A stretch of DNA of 64,000 nt from Somniosus microcephalus (Eukaryota): contig CM126207.1 in the NCBI GenBank assembly GCA_052327205.1, forward strand, positions 151,776,001-151,840,000. Reading direction: 5' to 3'. The notes below the pieces were generated by a model. The model was not told where the DNA came from, made no database searches, and was given only the letters and a program-made list of their open reading frames with translations. A program made the position numbers and the translations under genes. Every line of letters starts with the position of its first letter. The stretch's first letter is position 1. Below, piece by piece: positions 52,201 to 62,690 of this stretch.

Positions 52201-52283
52201 CTTACAAGGCCTCCGGACAGACTGACATACCAGAACTGGTAGTACACTTCACCCCGCCGGACTCAAATCTAAACAAGGGGTGA
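49263..52283 (+). CDS. pol: Gypsy Pol PR-RT-RH-IN, 1006 aa
   Basis: LFDSGS protease, RT (IDLKSAYHQ, PFG, YLDN), RH (SDAS, EKE, TD) and IN (H..H..C..C, DFKGP, SDRG, VER). Confidence 0.92.
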   Translation: MIQATDASSASCGLWGQPSYPPFCPTSWAPPFYPPRSTATLPPDLTTASPTDYSDPLSHTLTSVTLDQARPHQLSKSMMDIKVDGHATTCLFDSGSTESFIHPDTVSHYSLTVQPTRNRISMASRSHATDISGYCVVTLSVKGTEYKNFKLLVLPQLCAAVLLGLGFQSHLQSVTLAYGGPLPPLTVDNQQPLNRPPRNTCGLSTLKVPPPSLFANLTPDCKPVATKSRRYSAGDRAFISSEVQRLLKEGIIEGSSSPWRAQVVVVKTGNKNRLVIDYSQIINRYTQLYAYPLPRISDMVNQIAQYRVFSTIDLKSAYHQLPIRPEDRQYTAFEANGRLYRFLRVPFGVTNGVSVFQREMDRMVDQNGLQATFPYLDNVTICGRDRQDHDANLERFLRTAQRLNLTYNKEKCVFNTSRLAILGCVVENGIIGPDPERMRPLMELPRPHCPKALKRTLGLFAYYAQWVPNYADKARPLMKSTSFPLTEEARAAFSLIRGDIAKATMHAVDESIPFQVESDASDFALAATLNQEGRPVAFFSRTLQGPEIRHSSVEKEAQAIVEAVRRWRHYLAGKRFTLLTDQRSVAFMFNNKLRGKIKNDKILRWRIELSTYDYDILYRHGKLNEPPDALSRITCANAQIDRLQTLHNDLCHPGITRLYHFIKARNLTYSIEEVRTMTRNCQTCAECKPHFFRPDRASLIKATRPFERLSIDFKGPLPSSDRNVYFLNIVDEYSHFPFAFTCPDMTSTTVVKCLNDLFALFRFPNYIHSDRGASFMSEELRQFLLARGIATSRTTSYNPGGNGQVERENATVWKAVLLALKSKGLPTSHWQEVLPAALHSTWSLLCTAINATPHERMFVFPRKSTTGTTLPTWLTSPGPVLLRKHVRAHKMDPLVERVNLLHANPQYAYVAYPDGREDTVSLRDLAPSGTPETPPLPPHHPPNSSPGRRYAGTPRAFAYLADASINTGERNTAAVTIRQAYKASGQTDIPELVVHFTPPDSNLNKG

Positions 52284-52745
52284 ATGTGGTAAACCACTTT
52301 TACCGTTCACTATCGTTACACTATAGTTATCACTGTTAGATCGTTTCCCTATAGTTATCACTGTTCACATTGTTGTAGCACTGTACGAGGTCGCCTCTTG
52401 TCACGCTGCTATACCTGGGCTGACCACTGCCGACTCCGCCCATGGCTCCACCTACCTGCCCAGGTATAAAGGTGGTCGACTGGCTGGTATTCCTCCTTCT
52501 TGGATCCGATCACCCATGAGGGTGGGCTCTGTTATTTAGTCAATAAAAACCTATAGTTACTTTCTTAACTCGTCGCTTTTCATTGGACAAATTGATAGGT
52601 ATATCAATATATTAATGATCTGGACGAGGGAATTGGATGTAATATCTCCAAATTTGCAGATGACACAAAGCTGGGTGGGAGGGTAAGCTGTGAGGAGGAT
52701 GTCGTGAAACTCCAGTATGATTTGGACAGATTGGGTGATTGGGCA

Positions 52746-55700
52746 TGTAAGGATATCAGCAAATAGTGATGATATTTGTCTGTGTTTGATTACTTATGCC
52801 TTACAGCATATTTGTCTGTGTTTTTGATTACTTGTGCCTGACCAGCAGAGGTCATGTGAGAGACAAGCAGTCCAGAGGAGTTTTACTTTCAGTTTCATTC
52901 TAGCTGCATCACAGCATAGTGTGTTCTGTAAAAAGCTGTAGAAAGTCTTGAACAAGACTTTAGATTAAACAACATTCTCTTTCAGAAATGAGTCTTTATT
53001 GAACCCAAAATAAACCAAAACATGATGTCAGAAGTGGCTGAAAGAGAAAAAATCTGAAGTTAGCAACTTGATGGGACAGTGAAAGCAGTTGTGGCAAGTA
53101 AGTGAAATCAGCTCTCCACATATTAGCAAGCCAGAAGAGAACATCGTTGCTTACCATTAGAGAATAGCTAACGAAGTGAAAAAATGGAAGGTTTACACCC
53201 ACCGGCGACGCTTCAATTGACCGGTAATGTGGCTGAAAATTGGAGGAGATTCAAACAACGTGTAGGGTTGTATTTATCAGCAATCGGAGCTGACGATAAA
53301 AGTAATAAACAGAAATCGTCCATGTTTTTACATGTAGTGGGTGATGCAGCGCTGGAGGTATATAATAATTTCATATTTGCCGTTGATGGAGACAAAATGA
53401 AGCTAGATAAAATAATGGAACAGTTTGAGGCCTACTGCATACCTAAATGCAACGTGAGCTTTGAGAGGCACAAATTTATCACATGTGCACAGAAAATCGT
53501 TGAGACTATTGATCAGTATGTGACTGAACTGAGAAACCGGAGCAAATCGTTTGAATTTGGGGGACTCACAGACTCGCTGATAAAAGACAGACTGGTGTGT
53601 GGTATTCCAGATAATGATCTAAGGGAAAGGCTGCTAAGAGAGCAAGATCTAGACCTGGGAAAAGCCATAGCACTGTGTAGGGTTACAGAGACTGTGAAGT
53701 TGCAGGCAAAGGAGCTGTTCAGTGACAGTAGCTGCAACGTGGATGCAGTGAGAAAGAACGGATACAAACCGTTTAACAAAGAGAGCGCCAATGTGAAAAA
53801 AGAGACGTGGCCAGCAAACGAAAATGACAGGGACAATCGGAAGTCATGTAGTCGATGCGGTACACAGCATCCACCAAGAAAGTGTCCAGCATATGGTAAA
53901 ACTTGCTATAGTTGCAACAAGAACAACCATTATGCCCGTTGCTGCAAGAACCAAGTGCAACAAAGCAAGGTCCATGCAGTAGATGCAAGCGACATAGAGG
54001 AATTCTATGTAGATGTTGTGTCTGAAAACAAAAGAGAAGAAAGAGACTGGGTGTTGACACTAAAAGTGAACGACATACACATTCCATTTAAATTGGATAC
54101 TGGAGCACAAGTTAATGTGATATCAGAGACCGATTTTAAGAGAATTAGACCCAGACCAAAGTTACATGGAATACAAGTGAAAGTGACCGGATACTCAGGT
54201 ACTGACATACCAGTGAAAGGAAAATGCATTGTCAAAGTAACACACAAGGACAGAGAGCACACGCTAGCATTAATCATGGTGCCAAAGGATGTGCAAGCCA
54301 TACTAGGTTTAAAAGCCTGTGAGAGACTGAACCTGGTAAAGAGAGTCCTCGTTGTGGAAAGTGAAAGAGAGACAGTCTATGATGAACTGAATGTTGCGTA
54401 CACACCGGGTAAGCTGATGTGTGCAGCAGACACGTTGTCCAGAGCTGTTGACCCAAGTGAGCCCGCAAACACCACAATGGATGAAAAAGTGAACGCCTGC
54501 GTGGACATGATCACAAGTGCACTGCCCATAGCAGATGCAAAAATGGAGCTCATAAAGACTGAGACAAACAAAGATGAAACAATGAGACGACTGAGAAAAA
54601 GCATCTTGGATGGATGGCCCAACATGAAGCAAGACTGCTCACCTGATATAGCAGAGTACTGGAACTGCAGGGTGGAACTATCAGTGGTCGATGACATCAT
54701 CTACAAAGGAAGTAACATAGTTATCCCAAAGAGTCTGAGAAGAGAGTTGTTAAAAAAGATCCATGGAGGACATCTGGGAATCGAACAGTGTAAGAAAAGA
54801 GCACGAGAGGTGATGTACTGGCCACGAATCAAACAAGATGTGACAAATGAGGTGTCAAACTGCACAATATGCCTGAAATATCGAGCAAGCAATCTGGGAG
54901 AACCACTAAAGCCACACCCAGCACCAGACAGACCTTACCAGAAGGTAGGCGCTGACCTATTCGTATGTCAAGGGAAGGACTATCTTGTTGTCACAGACTA
55001 TTACTCCCTGTATCCAGAGGTTTGTAGACTGTACACCACCACTGCAGAAGCTGTGATAAGAAGTATGAAAGCCATTTTCTCCAGACATGGCGTGGCAAGC
55101 GAGGTCTTCACAGACAAAGGACCCCAGTTTAACAATGCAAATTTCCGACACTTTGCCAAAGAGTGGGACTTTGTCCGCACAACGTCAAGTCCTCACTATC
55201 CAAAGTCCAATGGACTAGTGGAAAAATCGGTCCAGACAGTGAAAAACTGATGTACAAGGCAAAAGACAGTGGAACTGACTTCTACCAAAGCATGCTTGTA
55301 TACCGCACAACGCCGCTCGAGTGTGGTATGTCACCAGCCCAACTCCTGATGGGATGTCGGCTAAGGTCAAACTTACCCATCCCGGAGAACGTCCTGAAAA
55401 CAAAAGAGGGGGAGAAAGTGAGGAAGTTCAAAGAGCAACAGAAAGAAAAGCAAAAGTACTACTATGACAGAGGAACACAAAACCTACCTGAACTCCACAC
55501 TGGTGACCAAGTAAGGTTGAAAGACAAAACAAACACATGGACTCAGAAGGGAACTGTCCTGAGTGAAGATCAACCAAGATCATACACCATTCAGACAGAT
55601 GAGGGTGCTGTTCTGAGAAGAAATCGTCGAGATCTTCTCATGGGACCAGCCACAGCAGGTCAAGAGACTGATACTGGTGAACAACCTGGTCACACAGCTG

Positions 55701-56259
55701 AGAACCAATCATCTGAGGCAACAACTCAGATTCAAGGACAATCAATCAGAAAAACCTCAAGACACGTGACGCCTCCTGAGAGACTCATTGAGCAAATTTA
55801 AGGACTATTGTTAAAGAAGGAAGTAATGTTATCTTATTCTTTCTTCAAGTTCTAGTGTATTGACATATTTCATGTGAACACACAAAGCAAGGGTAAGAAA
55901 CCTTGATCATGATAATGATAATGTAAGTTCATTAAATGTTGTTAGTTAAAAGTAAAATACTTTTGTTTTAAGAAAGGGAGATGTAAGGATATCAGCAAAT
56001 ACTGATGATATTTGTCTGTGTTTGATTACTTATGCCTTACGGCATATTTGTCTGTGTTTTTGATTACTTGTGCCTGACCAGCAGAGGTCATGTGAGAGAC
56101 AAGCAGTCCAGAGGAGTTTTACTTTCAGTTTCATTCTAGCTGCATCACAGCATAGTGTGTTCTGTAAAAAGCTGTAGAAAGTCTTGAACAAGACTTTAGA
56201 TTAAACAATATTCTCTTTCAGAAATGAGTCTTTATTGAACCCAAAAAGAAACCAAAACA
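52746..56259 (+). mobile_element. Gypsy LTR retrotransposon lacking RT/RH (non-autonomous)
   Basis: LTRs 52746-53022 and 55982-56259, TSD GGGCA, PBS TGATGTCAGAAGTGG (tRNA-Leu-like), PPT AAGAAAGGGAGA. Confidence 0.93.
53184..55801 (+). pseudogene. gag-protease fused in frame to integrase; frameshift near 55250
   Basis: Gag with knuckles, then KLDTGA, then directly ...YTPGK..ADTLSR, IN zinc finger and core (GADLF, TDKGPQF, GLVEK). Confidence 0.85.
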
Positions 56260-57100
56260 GGGCAGAAACATGGCAAATGCACTATAATGTGGATAAATGT
56301 GAGGTTATCCACTTTGGTGGCAAAAACAGGAAGGCAGATTATTATTTGAATGGCAATAGATTGGGAGAAGGGGAAGTGCAAAGAGACCTGGGTGTTCTTG
56401 TGCACCAGTCGCTGAAGGTAAGAATGCAGGTGCAGCAGGCGGTTAAGAAGGCAAATGGTATGTTGGCCTTCGTAGCAAGAGGGTTCGAGTACAGGAACAA
56501 GGATGTCTTGCTACAATTGTACAGGGCCTTGGTGAGACCGCACCTTGAGTATTGTGTGCAGTTTTGGTCGCCTTACCTGAGGAAGGATGTGCTTGCCATG
56601 GGAGGAGTGCAGCGAAGATTCACCAGGCTGATACCTGGGATGGCAGGAATGACGTATGAGGAGAGATTGTGTCGATTGGGCTTGTACTCACTGGAGTTTA
56701 GAAGATTGAGAGGGGTTCTCATCGAAACCTATAAAGTTCTGTCAGGCATGGACAGACTAGATGCAGGAAGGATGTTTATGATGGCCAGGGAGTCCAGAAC
56801 CAGGGGTCATAGTCTAAGGATAAGGGGTAAGCCATTTAGGACTGAAATGAGGAGGAATTCCTTCACCCAGAGAGTGGTGAACCTGTAGAATTCTCTGCCA
56901 CAGAGGGCGGTGGAGGCCAGTTCATTAAATATATTCAAAAAGGAGTTGGATATATTTCTTAAGGCTAAAGGGATCAAGGGATATGGGGAGAAGGCAGGGA
57001 CAGGGTACTGAATTTGGATAATCAGCCATGATCTCATTGAATGGCGGAGCAGGCTCGAAGGGCCGAATGGCCTACTCCTGCTTCTATCTAAAAAAAAAAA

Positions 57101-58821
57101 GATTTCTGATTATGTGTTCAGCAAGGTGAATATCACGAAGAAGTGGATCACCAATCTGTTAAAGGCTGGGCATCCGGTAGATGCCGCAGCTAAGTGGACA
57201 GAAGCGAAGGATCACAAGAAATCCCTAGAGAAGGCAGTCTGGCTGATGTGCTTCAAGAAGCAGGTCCAGCTTTTGGACAGGCTCGTTGAGGCACAGGCAG
57301 CCGAGATACGGGATTCAGCCCTGGAGGTCCAAGACAGGACTCTAGCAGGGGAAAAGTTACTGGTAGCATTGCAGGCCCTAAATCAGGAAAGGGTACAGTT
57401 AATGGGGGAACATAAGGCCAGGTTGGACAACCTACAGTGCCAGGTCACCGAAGCCAAGAGTAATGAGATGAGGTTGCGGGAGAAGAATGCCCGCCTCTCG
57501 AGACAAGTAAGAGAGCAGGAGGAGAAAGTAAAAGACATAAAGGCAGCCTATAAGATAGCAAGTGCACAGGGGTTTGAAGCTGCAGATCATGCCGAATCTG
57601 AGCCTTGCCCTAAGGAAGGCAAAGGGCATGGTGTGCCTCATAAGCCCGAAGGCAGCCCAGGTCGACTTTACAGTGAACCTGGGGAGAATGGTTCAAACAC
57701 AACTGGTAGTGCCAAGGGACGAATCGGTTGAGGAGCAGGAGGTCCCACAACCACGACACGTAGCGCCAGTTTTCAGCGAGGTCTGGCAGCAAGGGGGGGT
57801 GGAGTTAGGGGTAGAAGTGGAGGTGGAATGACCGCCACAAGAGAGGCTGGAACCAGGGCAGATGTGCCCAGCCCGGAAGCGGAGGTTTGGCCCACCCGCT
57901 AATGACGGGGAAGAGTGACCCCTCCAAAACCAGTTTGTAGTACCCTACAGCACCCAACAGCTTAGGGCTATGGTGAGCCATATCCCAAAGCTCACTGAAA
58001 AAGGGGACCCCTCGGTCCACTTCAGGGAAGTGGAACAGGAGGCCAGCATCAATGAATTCGATGATGCTGAGGAGACCAAAATGTTGCTGTTCTCTTTGGA
58101 GGGCAAGCTCCTCCAGTCCCTCTCTGCCCAGTGTAAGAGGGGGCAGTGCGTGTATGGGGAGCTCAAGGAGGAAGTTCTGGAGGCGATGGGGATGAATGAG
58201 GGAAGTCCTTTCTCCCGTGTGGAGAAGACAGTGAAACTCGCAGGGGAAACCCCGCAGGCTTTCGCGGACAGGTTATGGCCGGTATATAGGCATGCCTGCA
58301 CAGGGGCACCTAACCGGGCGTTCCTGGACCAGGGTCAGCTGGCCAACTGGCTCCGCTGCCTGGTGGCAAACAGCTTGCCACAGATCCGGGCCAAGGGAGA
58401 AGTCTGGTTCGACCCTAATAATCCCCTGACCACCGAACTTACGGTGATCAGACAGTTGACCCTAGCCTATAGGAATGGTAGGGGAACCGATGCACATCCA
58501 CCTAAGGGGAAGGTGCATGAGGTAAAACCCGGACAGGGTAGGAAGGATTGGCATCAGGAAGGGAATAACCCTTCTAGCACAAAGCTCAATAGTTATGTGT
58601 GTGGGAAGGATGGACACTGGAGTAAGGAGTGCAAAAACCCTTGGAAGGGTAACAAGGGAAAGAATTCCACGGCCCCAGCCCAAAAGACAGAGACAGAAAT
58701 CCCTCCCGCCGCGGTCGAGTCATTTCTGGACACCATGTGGTCCCTATTGACTGGCCATGGGAGAGTAGCAACCATTACCGATGCTATGACCCCATCAGCT
58801 CCGTCCAACACACAGCCCTGA
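57101..58821 (+). pseudogene. gag: gag of element 2 (main part; frameshift and stops)
   Basis: Aligns by eye with the 13394-15325 Gag (HKKSLEKAVWLMCFKKQVQLLD, SHIPKL..GDPSVHFR, KGKVHEV, CGKDGHWSKEC). Ends TGA-CTAG. Confidence 0.88.
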
Positions 58822-61800
58822 CTAGAGCCAGGGCACCCTGTTTACCTGTGTTCCCTTCAGTACAATGTATGGAAGAGACCCCTCATGGAGATGGAGGTAT
58901 AAAAGGTGAAGGGGACCTATCTGTTGGACATGGGGGCATCATGCACCGTGATCCATTCAGCTAACCCCACCACCTCACCTCTATCTAGCGGGGTCCCATA
59001 CAGCCTGTCGGGATTCACAGGCAGAAAACAGGCCGGCTCATTTTCCATCCCGCTCTCCATTCGTTTAGGAACACTCCGCTCTAAGTGGACCTGTATCCTA
59101 ATGAAGTGGGAAGTAGAGGGTGGAAAGGGGATCCTGGGAGCCGACTTTATTGTAGGCCACGGGATCCTGGTGGATGTAAGAAATCATTGCCTATGGGGGG
59201 CAAGTACAGGACAGGAAGGCAGAGTAGTAGTCATCCCAGGGACAGAAGGGAAGGGGACCCTGTCACCATGAAGCCTAAAGAAGGTTATAACCTCGAGCTC
59301 ATGGTCAGCAATACCCCAAAAGAGTTCCAGGCATTTGTTCCAACCCACCTGGCCACATTTGCCACACATAAACACGACTGTGGGAGGGTCAATGGGTTTG
59401 AGGTCAGCGTAGACGGGGACCCCCATGGCCCGCCCACAGAAACAGTATAACTTCCCCAGGGAAGCGGAGCCAGACATGGAAGCAGCCATGTCCTCTTTGG
59501 TACAACAGGGGGTCCTGAGACCGATAGCCACCCACGTAAACTCTCCACTGTGGCCGGTTACAAAGCCGGATAACTCCTGGAGGGCCACGGTGGACTATCA
59601 GGTGCTCAACAGCAACATCCCAGCCTGTGCACCCACGGTAGCAGCAGTTACCGACCTGATAGGAAGTATCCCAGCATTTGCGACCACTTTCACATTGCTG
59701 GATGTTTCCAACAGGTTTTGGTCCATCCCTTTAAGGAGGGAGGATCAGTACAAGTTTGCCTTTACTTTTAAAGGACAACAGTACACCTGGAACTGTTTGC
59801 CTCAGGGTTTCCACAACAGCCCCAGCATCTTCCACCAGTGCATGGCAAACAGTTTAAAGGGTTTCAGCCAGCCCAGACAGTTGGTACAATATGTGGATGA
59901 CATGCTCCTATTCACCGACACGTGAGAAGAGCATGGCCCACTACTGGCCGAACTGCTGGAGTTGATCAGGCAGGAGGGTTTTAAAGTAAACCCAAAGAAA
60001 GCGCAGATCAGCCAGCAGGAGGTGAAATTCCTGGGCCTGTCCGTACACGCTGAGGAAAGGGCCATAGATAAGGCAAGAAGGGAAGTGGTACAGCAGTTAC
60101 CAGTCCCCAACACAGTCACGGGTGTGAGGTCGTTTCTAGGGCTAACCGGGTACTGCAGAGACTTTATTGAGGACTATGCAGCCACAGCAGCCCCTCTGCT
60201 CCGACTCCTACATAAATGAGTGGGGTGAGCTTGGGATGAGAGTTGCCAGGCAGCATTTGTCAGGCTCAAGAAAGACCTGCAGACTGCACCAGCACTAGGG
60301 GCCATAGATGGGGGAAAAGAGTTCTTCCTGGAGGTAGCAGCCAGCGGGGACAGCCTGAGTGCTGTGCTGCTCCAAGAGCAGCATGGCAGGCTGAGGCCGG
60401 TGGTCTACTCCTCCAGGATACTCAGGGATGTGGAGAAAAGCTACTCCAATTGTGAGAGGCACCTTTTGGCCACACATTGGGCTGTAAAACGATCACGGAT
60501 CTTCACAGGCACCTCTCCCATCACCCTCCTAACCCATCACACACCCACCCAGATGCTCCTGGATGGGAGAATCAAAGATGGGACAGTGAGCAGTGTCCGC
60601 ATTGCTCGCTGGACCCTGCTTCTCTCGCAGATGGACCTTAAAGTAAAAGTGCTCTGCTAGCCGCAGCCAACTTGGTATATTCTGGAACAGCCCACCGGTG
60701 ATCCATAGAAGGGGTTTGGGAAGTGGACATAGGTTTATGGGCCGGGATACACCCCACAGGCCACGAAATCTATGTGGATCTGTAAGAATTCGCAATAATT
60801 TACAGTTCTGAAGATTCATTTTTTTGATTAAAGAAACCCTGGGCGATGTGCTTTTAAATTTCCAGGGATAAAAATGGCTGTCAACACATGGCCGAAGACA
60901 AAGGGCAATGCTTTGTTTACAAAGCAATTGAATGCTATTAGCATTTGTTTGTATATCGAGTGGATACATCTAAACTGCAGAAGAGACTTTTGTACCTTAA
61001 ATGGGAAACGTTTAACATTTGAATGGGTTTTAAATCACCCAGCACTGGACAATAGAGCAGTTGTATCTCCCTTTTTGTTTCAGCCCAGGGAGCTCCGGAA
61101 GACACATTAACCCAGTCTAACCACTTTGAGTTAGCCAATCACAGCTTTCTCTTGTGTATTGGACCCTTTTGGGTGGGGAATTTTGTACACAGCCCTTGCA
61201 AGGCAGAACAGCAGGGGCTCACCAGGTATAAAGATAGCGGCTGAGAAGCTATCTCGCTCTCTCTCTCATACTTCGCTGGACCAAAGGTGAGCAGGGTGTT
61301 CTGACTCCTCAGCATAGCAACCTAGTTAAGGAGTTTGGGGGATGGTGATTTAAGGGAATTGCTAAGATTGTTTAAATAACATTGTAGCCATTGTATCCCT
61401 CGTTTTTGCCGTCTGCAACCCCCGTTAATAGTTTTACAATTTTACTGTGTTCGTGTGGGATAGTTTGATATTTTGATTATAGTTTCCTTTAGTTAATATA
61501 ACTTGATATTTTTCTCTCATCCAAACTACGTGTCTGTTTTAATATCAATAATTATAAGCCCTGCAGTCAGAACTGGAAGGTGGGGTAGCGATTCGAAACC
61601 ACTGTTTTAAAATTGGTTTTATTGGAATTGGTCTGATGTGCAGGCAAAGGCTGCAAGACCAGGAAAATTACTTTAAACCAGTTTAAAGAAGCCCCAAACC
61701 CTTGCAGATGGCTCCAGCACGGTATCTGCTGGTGAGCGACTCACAGGGTGTGGAGTTTATGACCCAGCGGCCAACATGGCCCTGGCAATTAAGCTCGCCA

Positions 61801-62690
61801 GCGCCATGAGTGCCCAGCAGGCTGAACTGTCCACGGTAGTGTACATCGTTACACACCCCAATATCTTCCCCACCCCATACACGATTTGATTGGACAGTAT
61901 GTTCACGTGCAATTCATGTACGGAGTACCTGGCCATCTGATCCCGCCGCGGATAGACCTCCGCTGGCGGGAGACCCCTCACAGTGAAACACCTGCTGGAG
62001 AAAATCTTAGCAGCAGTGGGGGAGGAAGGGGAGGTTTTCATCCATATGGTGAAATCCCATTGCTCCACAGAACCCCGTAGTCAGGGCAACCAGCAGGCAG
62101 ATATGCTAGCTAAGGAGGGTGCCCGCACCGGCATTTTCTGGGATCCATATGGGTCCAGTCCTGTAGCAGCAGTCAGGGGTAGGAATGGGACACCAGCGAG
62201 TGCAAGGTTAGCTTTAGCCCCGGACCTCAAGATGGTCCAAACCCAAGACCCCATCCTCAAGGCAGTCCTCAGTGCAGCGACTGAGGGAAAAATGGTAGAG
62301 GGCCGTTACAGCACAGCCGCCCTCTCTGTGAAAGAAGGCATGCTGTTCAGGGGAGAACAATGGGTAGTACCACAGCAGCACCAGAGGGAATTCCTTCAAC
62401 TGGCCCATGAGGGTCCAGGAGCAGGGCATCCCGGGCATGAGACCACCTGGCAGCGGGTGGAAGAGGTGGGATGGTGGCCAGAACTCAGGGAAGATGTCCA
62501 CGAGTTCTTCGCCAGCTGTCTGGTGCGTGCTGCTAACAACCCTGACCCCCACAAAAGGAAGGTAGCTATGGGACACGTCAGAAGGGTAGAGGGACCATGG
62601 CATTCGATACAGGTCGACTACATCGGGCCCGTGCCCACCACCCAGAGAGGCTATAAGTACTGCCTAGTCCTGGTAGATGTGTTCACGAAA
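58822..62690 (+). pseudogene. pol: pol of element 2: PR, RT (YVDD), degenerate RNase H (tether), second RNase H, partial IN
   Basis: LLDMGAS; LPQGFHNSP/YVDD; LEVAAS..YSSR..CERHL tether; YVD|GSS..SAQQAEL..D..H..GNQQAD RNase H; HEGPGAGH..C and QVDYIGP integrase. Multiple stops. Confidence 0.88.
60781..61706 (+). mobile_element. Solo LTR (926 bp) of a third ERV-like lineage, inserted in the RNase H YVDG codons
   Basis: TGTAAG...CTTGCA termini, TSD gatc/gatg, TATAAA at ~61227. Its last 68 bp recur at 62691-62758. Confidence 0.82.

Larger units (their letters stand above)
47941..52606 (+). mobile_element. Full-length Gypsy LTR retrotransposon (young)
   Basis: 322-bp LTRs at 47941-48262 and 52285-52606 with three differences seen. 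TSD ATATA and PPT-like AAGGGG. Confidence 0.95.
46816..57100 (+). mobile_element. CR1 LINE (HER1-like), 5'-truncated, inserted into gag of element 2 and split by two Gypsy elements
   Basis: ORF2 pieces (YRPVCL, QHGF, YLDFQKVFD, GVPQGS / FADD / WQMHYNVDKC, RGHSL) and 3' tail ggccgaatggcctactcctgcttctat followed by an A run. Confidence 0.9.
45238..62690 (+). mobile_element. ERV-like element 2 (relative of element 1), decayed, with nested insertions; 3' part missing
   Basis: LTR, PBS TGGCGACCACGGCAGGAC (46731-46748), gag start MATTAG...MEERI continuing after the CR1 at 57101 (SDYVFSKVN), then pro, RT, tether, RNase H and IN. Confidence 0.85.
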
